DNA from: Fibrobacteria bacterium
Lineage (GTDB): Bacteria; Fibrobacterota; Fibrobacteria; UBA11236
DNA: 64,000 nucleotides
Assembly (NCBI GenBank): GCA_039917895.1
Contig: JBDSIO010000219.1
Span: 78-64,077, forward strand
Direction: 5' to 3'
A model generated the notes under the pieces. The model made no database searches, was not told where the DNA came from, and was given only the letters and a program-made list of their open reading frames with translations. The first letter of the stretch is position 1; each line of letters opens with the position of its first letter. Below are positions 59,377-64,000 of this stretch, one piece after another. The position numbers and the translations under genes were made by a program.

Positions 59377-60096
59377 ATGAGCATCGTGAACAAGGACATG
59401 ACCGTCGAGGAAATCATCGCCCGATTTCCCCCGGCCGGTGAAGTATTCGAAACCGTTGGAATCGATTATTGTTGCGGCGGCAAATCCACTTTGGAAATGG
59501 CCTGCAAAGTCCGCGGCATCAACGTGTCCCTGGTCCTGGACCGGCTCGATAAACAGGCGGGTCCCGGGCCCGCGTCCGCTACCCCCGAAGCTTTCGAATC
59601 GCTTTCCGCCTCCGCGCTCGCGGACCATATCGAACAAACGCACCACCAACCGCTATGGTCGGAACTGGATCGCCTCGACGCCTTGTCCGCCAAGGTGGCG
59701 CGGGTCCATGGCGCCAAGGAACCCCGGCTGACCGCCGTGCGCGAGGTCTTCCTGGAATTCGCGCACGATCTTTCCGAGCACATGGTCAAGGAAGAGCGGA
59801 TCCTTTTTCCATTGATCCGCAGTCTGGAATCTTCCAGACCGGAAGCCGGCTCCCACTGCGGTTCCGTGGTCAATCCCATCCGACAGATGGAATCGGATCA
59901 CGAACAGGCCGAAGCCGCCCTGGTCCATCTTCGCGAACTGACCGATGGATACAAGCCGCCGGATTACGCCTGTTTTTCCTACCGCTCCCTGTTGACCGGT
60001 CTGGAGCATATGGAAGCCGATCTCCGCGAATACATGCGCAAGGAATCCCTATACCTGTTTCCCAAAGCCGTCGAATTGGAACGCGCCCATGCGTGA
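59377..60096 (+). CDS. ytfE: Iron-sulfur cluster repair di-iron protein (RIC; YtfE/ScdA family)
   Basis: N-terminal ScdA_N motif (VGIDYCCGG) and a C-terminal hemerythrin-like domain with H/E ligands (HHQPLW, EFAHDLSEHMVKEE, MESDHEQAE). Confidence 0.8.
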   Translation: MSIVNKDMTVEEIIARFPPAGEVFETVGIDYCCGGKSTLEMACKVRGINVSLVLDRLDKQAGPGPASATPEAFESLSASALADHIEQTHHQPLWSELDRLDALSAKVARVHGAKEPRLTAVREVFLEFAHDLSEHMVKEERILFPLIRSLESSRPEAGSHCGSVVNPIRQMESDHEQAEAALVHLRELTDGYKPPDYACFSYRSLLTGLEHMEADLREYMRKESLYLFPKAVELERAHA

Positions 60097-60163
60097 TCGG
60101 GATTCCTATCCGACACGCCCGCCGCGGGCGCATTCCGTCACAAACAACCACCCAGGAGAATAA

Positions 60164-60403
60164 ATGCAAGTCGAACACCATGACCTACATCGCGAGTTCC
60201 CGGAATTCAGCGCCAAGATCCACGATCTCAAGACCACGGACGCCCATTTCGCCAAGCTGTTCGAGAAATACGATGCATTGGATCACGAAATCCGCAGGAT
60301 CGAGAATGCCGGGTCCTTGATCGGGGACGTCGAATTGGAGGCGAAAAAGCTGAATCGCGTGCATCTCAAGGATCAATTGTACAACCTGCTCCGGAGTGCT
60401 TAG
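60164..60403 (+). CDS. DUF465/YdcH-like small protein
   Basis: 79-aa coiled-coil protein. Motif HFAKLFEKYDALDHEI. Confidence 0.4.
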   Translation: MQVEHHDLHREFPEFSAKIHDLKTTDAHFAKLFEKYDALDHEIRRIENAGSLIGDVELEAKKLNRVHLKDQLYNLLRSA

Positions 60404-60437
60404 GCGCCACTTGGCGGTCTGACGGAATGGAAGGGAT

Positions 60438-60875
60438 TCAATAATCCGCTATTCCCTTCTCCCGGGAATAGTCGAGGATGTGCGCCAAAGTCGTATCCTC
60501 CGCCCATGCAACGAATTGCCTGTTCAATTGCGACCAGCTTCCGTGCATGGGACACGGCCTGCTCTCGCGGCATCGGCCCCAACCGAAAACGCAATCGGAA
60601 AGCCCCTTTTCATAACCCATCGCTTCCAGGATAGTCCCGTAGGTGATCCTGCCCGGCGGGCGGGACAGCCGGAATCCTCCTCCATGCCCTTTTATGGAAA
60701 CCACCAGACCGGCCTTGACCAACTTGCGCAAGATCTTCTGCAAATAGTGCAATGGGACCCGCGTCTTTTCCGCGATGGCAACCGCGCGGAGCGATTGCGA
60801 TTTCGGCAAAAAAGAAATCAGGGACATGGCCCTGAGAGCGTATTCGGAAGTACTGGTCAGCTTCAATGAAATCAC
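60438..60875 (-). CDS. nsrR: Rrf2-family transcriptional regulator, NsrR-like (NO-sensing Fe-S)
   Basis: An Rrf2 HTH (LKLTSTSEYALRAM...) and three Cys (CVFGWGRCRESRPCPMH). A GTG start at 60875 is preceded by AAGGAGG (5-nt spacer). The longer track ORF start at 60962 is less likely. Confidence 0.65.
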   Translation of the reverse strand: MISLKLTSTSEYALRAMSLISFLPKSQSLRAVAIAEKTRVPLHYLQKILRKLVKAGLVVSIKGHGGGFRLSRPPGRITYGTILEAMGYEKGLSDCVFGWGRCRESRPCPMHGSWSQLNRQFVAWAEDTTLAHILDYSREKGIADY

Positions 60876-60944
60876 TTCACCCTCCTTCGGCCGTGCCAGA
60901 TTGTCCTGCTTTAAAAATAGAAATCGATGCCCGCCCTTCCTATT

Positions 60945-60962
60945 ATGGACATAAAGGTCCAT
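60945..60962. promoter_or_regulatory. Inverted repeat ATGGAC-ATAAAG-GTCCAT in the nsrR-norC divergent region (candidate Rrf2/NsrR operator)
   Basis: Perfect 6-bp arms with a 6-bp spacer, flanked by direct GAAATCGA repeats. It lies 22 nt upstream of the norC start. Confidence 0.35.
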
Positions 60963-60983
60963 TGAAATCGAAAAGGAAACTCA

Positions 60984-61700
60984 ATGTTAAGCAAATCGCA
61001 GGCTAAAGCCTTCTTCATCGGGGGGACCCTCATTTTCGGGAGCATATTCATCGCGCTCACCATCGACTCGATGAAGCAGGTGCCTACCCGCACCCACGAG
61101 GAAAAGATGACCGCGCAAGTGGTCCGCGGGAAGAAGATCTGGGACAAGAACAATTGCATGGGGTGCCACACCTTGTTCGGCGAGGGCGCCTACTACGCCC
61201 CCGAACTCACCAAGGCCTTTGATCGGCGGGGCGGGCCCTGGCTGAAGGTGTTCCTGAAGGATCCCGAAGCCATGTTCCCGGGCCAGCGGAAGATGGTGAA
61301 TTACCATTTCAACGATGCGCAGATCGAGGAAGTGATCGCCTTCCTGAAATGGTGCGGCGAAGTCGACCTGAACGGGTTTCCCGCGAAACCGCCCCTGCGG
61401 GATTTGATGATCAAGCCCGCGGCGGCCTCGTCGACCCCGGCGGTTTCCCGCGCCGCCGGTCCACAACCGGGCATTTTCGGGGCCCTATGCGTCGCCTGCC
61501 ATTCCATAGGAGGCCAGGGGGGCGCCGTAGGTACCGCCCTCGACTCCGTATTCGCCCGCAAAACACGGGATGAAATCGCCATCTGGATCGCCGATCCCGC
61601 CAAGGTCAAGCCCGGCACTCTGATGCCCAAGCTGCCCTTGGCCCAGGATCAGATTGACAGCCTCGCCGACTATCTCACATCCTTCGGAGGTGCCCGTTGA
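60984..61700 (+). CDS. norC: Nitric oxide reductase subunit C with an extra C-terminal cytochrome c domain (diheme NorC)
   Basis: N-terminal TM anchor plus a NorC-like CMGCH domain, then a second class I cytochrome domain with CVACH. 238 aa, whereas NorC is usually about 150 aa. Confidence 0.7.
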   Translation: MLSKSQAKAFFIGGTLIFGSIFIALTIDSMKQVPTRTHEEKMTAQVVRGKKIWDKNNCMGCHTLFGEGAYYAPELTKAFDRRGGPWLKVFLKDPEAMFPGQRKMVNYHFNDAQIEEVIAFLKWCGEVDLNGFPAKPPLRDLMIKPAAASSTPAVSRAAGPQPGIFGALCVACHSIGGQGGAVGTALDSVFARKTRDEIAIWIADPAKVKPGTLMPKLPLAQDQIDSLADYLTSFGGAR

Positions 61701-63025
61701 AGTTCAAGTCGCAACAAATCGCCTATTGGTACTTCGCCACGGCATTGCTTTTTTTCAGCCTGCAAATCGTGTACGGTTTCATCATGGCCTTCGCGCATAT
61801 CGGCTACGATGTGCTGCATCCCTTCATCGCCTTCAATACGGCCCGCGCCGTCCACACCAACCTGCTGGTCGTGTGGCTGATAACCGGGTTCATGGGGTCG
61901 GCCTATTTCATGATTCCGGAGGAAAGCGACCGCGAATTATGGTCGCCCAAGCTCGCCATCGTGCAACTTATCGCCTTGATCGCCGTGGGCGTCACGGCCG
62001 TAATCGGCTTCCACTTCAATTGGTGGGAAGGCCGCAAGTTCCTGGAAATCCCCAGGGAACTCGATTACCTGGTGGTAGTGGACATCCTCGCTTTCCTGTT
62101 GAACATCGGCATGACCATTTTCAAGGGCAAGCGGTTCACCAGCACGGCCCTCGTCCTATACATGGGCCTGCTTTTCGCGGCCCTCCTCTACCTGCCCGGC
62201 ATGCTCGACTTCGACAACCAGACCCGGGATTCCTTCTACCGCTGGTGGGTGGTGCACCTTTGGGTCGAGGGCGTCTGGGAACTCATCATGGGCGGCATCC
62301 TCTGCTACCTCCTGATCAAACTGACGGGCGTCGACCGGGAGGTCGTCGAAAAATGGCTCTACGTCATCGTCGGACTGACCTTCGTTTCGGGCATCCTGGG
62401 CACGGGGCATCACTACTACTACATCGGCACGCCCAAGTATTGGCTTTTGATCGGAGGCATCTTCTCCGCCCTGGAGCCCATCGCCTTCCTGGCCATGGCC
62501 ATCGCCGCGGTGACCATGGTGCGCAAGGGGGAGCGCAAACATGAGAACCGGCTCGCCTTGAGCTGGACCTTGGCATGCGCCATCCTGTCCTTCGTCGGCG
62601 CCGGGTTCCTGGGAATCGCCCATACCATACCGGGAGTCAACTTGTACACCCATGGAACGCTGGTCACGGCCATGCACGGGCATCTGGCTTTCTGGGGCGC
62701 CTACGCCTGCATCAACCTGGCGATGATGGCGTACGCCATGCCCCTGCTGACGGGCCGCAAGCTCTTCGACACGGCGGGTTCGCTCTGGGCCTTTTGGCTG
62801 TCCAATGTCGGCATGGTTTCCATGACCGGCGCCTTGGCGGTGGCGGGAGTAAGCCAGGTCATGCTGGAAAGGCGCATGGGCCTGGATTTCATGACCGTGC
62901 AACGGGAAATCGAGGTCCACTTCATCGGCATGGTATTGGCGGCAAGCCTGTTCAGCCTGGGTATCTTCCTCTTCGTGCTCAATTTCATACGCTACGGGAC
63001 GCCCAGATGGGAAGGCCCCAAATGA
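61697..63025 (+). CDS. norB: Nitric oxide reductase large subunit NorB (cNOR)
   Basis: 12-TM heme-copper oxidase-like fold with conserved His clusters (HTNLL..., HHYYYIG, HGHLAFWGAY). It overlaps norC and norQ. Confidence 0.9.
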   Translation: MKFKSQQIAYWYFATALLFFSLQIVYGFIMAFAHIGYDVLHPFIAFNTARAVHTNLLVVWLITGFMGSAYFMIPEESDRELWSPKLAIVQLIALIAVGVTAVIGFHFNWWEGRKFLEIPRELDYLVVVDILAFLLNIGMTIFKGKRFTSTALVLYMGLLFAALLYLPGMLDFDNQTRDSFYRWWVVHLWVEGVWELIMGGILCYLLIKLTGVDREVVEKWLYVIVGLTFVSGILGTGHHYYYIGTPKYWLLIGGIFSALEPIAFLAMAIAAVTMVRKGERKHENRLALSWTLACAILSFVGAGFLGIAHTIPGVNLYTHGTLVTAMHGHLAFWGAYACINLAMMAYAMPLLTGRKLFDTAGSLWAFWLSNVGMVSMTGALAVAGVSQVMLERRMGLDFMTVQREIEVHFIGMVLAASLFSLGIFLFVLNFIRYGTPRWEGPK

Positions 63026-63810
63026 ATGGGCCCGCTCCCTGCGTCCCCTATTACCTGTCCACCGACAGGGAGGAGGAGGTATTTCTCTGCGCTTACCGGA
63101 ACAAGCTGCCTTTGATGCTCAAGGGACCAACGGGCTGCGGCAAGACGCGCTTCATCGAATACATGGCCGCCACGCTGCAACGGCCCTTGATTACCGTCTC
63201 CTGCAACGAAGACACCACCGCCACCGATTTGCTGGGCAGGCATTTGTTCAAGGGCGGCGATACCGAATGGTGCGACGGCCCGTTGACCCGGGGCGTGCGC
63301 CAGAACGCCATCGTCTACCTGGATGAGATCGCCGAAGCCCGCTCCGACGCCATGGTCGCCATCCATCCTCTCACGGATTACCGTCGCGAGCTGTTCCTGG
63401 ACCGGACGGCGGAAACGCTCACGGCGCAACCGGAATTCATGTTGGTGGTTTCCTACAATCCCGGGTACCAGAAAAGCCTGCGTGAATTGAAGCCCTCGAC
63501 GCGGCAACGTTTCGTCGGCCTGAGTTTCGGGTATCCGAGCGAGGATCAGGAAGCGGCGATCGTCGTACGGGAATCGGGAGTGGATGCGAAAGTTGCGCGC
63601 ACCTTGGTGAAAATCGGGAAAAGGATCCGCGGCCTCAAGGAGCTTTCGCTCATGGAATCGGCCAGCACGCGGTTGCTGATCGCCGCCGGCCTGCTGATCC
63701 GGGGCGGACTGCCTCCCCGGTTAGCCTGCTTCACCGCCATGGCCGAACCCCTCACCGACGACGTCGACGCCCGATCGGCCTTGAAGCAGCTGATCGATAT
63801 TTCCATTTGA
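63022..63810 (+). CDS. norQ: NorQ/NirQ/CbbQ AAA+ (MoxR-type) ATPase
   Basis: Walker A (GPTGCGKT) and Walker B (IVYLDEI). The ATG overlaps the norB TGA. Confidence 0.85.
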   Translation: MNGPAPCVPYYLSTDREEEVFLCAYRNKLPLMLKGPTGCGKTRFIEYMAATLQRPLITVSCNEDTTATDLLGRHLFKGGDTEWCDGPLTRGVRQNAIVYLDEIAEARSDAMVAIHPLTDYRRELFLDRTAETLTAQPEFMLVVSYNPGYQKSLRELKPSTRQRFVGLSFGYPSEDQEAAIVVRESGVDAKVARTLVKIGKRIRGLKELSLMESASTRLLIAAGLLIRGGLPPRLACFTAMAEPLTDDVDARSALKQLIDISI

Positions 63811-63841
63811 AGACGGTATATCCGGACGATTCGGGGGCTGA

Positions 63842-64000
63842 ATGATAGAGTGGGAAGAAGGAATTTTCAGGGCGGGACGCGCGGTGGCGGACGCCGTGTG
63901 GAACCGTCCGCGCCGAAAACCCTTCCTGCAAGCCGAGGCCGGCCTCGGGGCCATGCGGATGGAGCTTTTTTATTACGCCCATCTGCTAGCCGGAGAATCC
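63842..64000 (+). CDS. norD: Probable NorD (VWA-domain NOR activation protein), 5' end only, continues beyond the window
   Basis: The ATG at 63842 opens MIEWEEGIFRAGRAVADAVWNRPRRKPFLQAEAGLGAMRMELFYYAHLLAGES with no stop before the window end. Its position after norQ fits norCBQD. Confidence 0.4.
   Translation, partial: MIEWEEGIFRAGRAVADAVWNRPRRKPFLQAEAGLGAMRMELFYYAHLLAGES

Overview
This is a high-GC (roughly 65%) bacterial window that is almost entirely a respiration, N-oxide and metal-cofactor island. I saw no rRNA, tRNA, CRISPR or obvious mobile elements.

Gene content from left to right:
- A minus-strand cbb3 oxidase cluster: ccoI (copper ATPase, runs off the left edge), fixH, ccoG, monoheme ccoP, ccoQ, a fused ccoNO, ccoS, and a DsbD_2/TauE-like membrane protein.
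- Several c-type cytochromes, heme biosynthesis genes (hemY, hemN, a TIGR01212 radical SAM protein), and a Mo-cofactor block (moeA, moaA, moaD, moaE) next to a nitrate-reductase-associated protein.
- A minus-strand operon encoding a Tat-exported, about 1160-aa NarG/NxrA-like molybdoenzyme with its beta subunit, a heme-b gamma subunit (EB_dh-type) and a TorD-like chaperone. A Cys-rich protein and a small Tat-signal protein precede it, and a Crp/Fnr regulator with a perfect TTGAT-N4-ATCAA box sits divergently.
- A 16-kb co-directional minus-strand array (about 28.3 to 44.5 kb) that I consider the most unusual part of the window. It contains a hemerythrin, an outer-membrane porin, a 1217-aa protein with six PCP_red-like repeats, tandem Usp domains and two zinc ribbons, a radical SAM/SPASM enzyme that also ends in a PCP_red-like domain, a cupredoxin, a Cyc2-like fused cytochrome-porin, a repeat-containing lipoprotein cytochrome c, three further c-type cytochromes, a membrane-anchored diheme-c/EB_dh protein (NxrC-like), and a cytochrome c fused to a cytochrome bd-like membrane protein.
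- Further right: nnrS, a B12-dependent nrdJ, a clade II nos cluster (cytochrome c, nosZ, a membrane-NosL fusion, nosD, nosF, nosY), an NO-stress module (RIC and an Rrf2/NsrR-like regulator), and a cNOR cluster (diheme norC, norB, norQ and the start of norD).

Many long ORFs in the supplied track are antisense or GC-shadow artifacts and were not called. Several called starts differ from the track because of conserved N-termini, RBS positions and ATGA/GTGA coupling.
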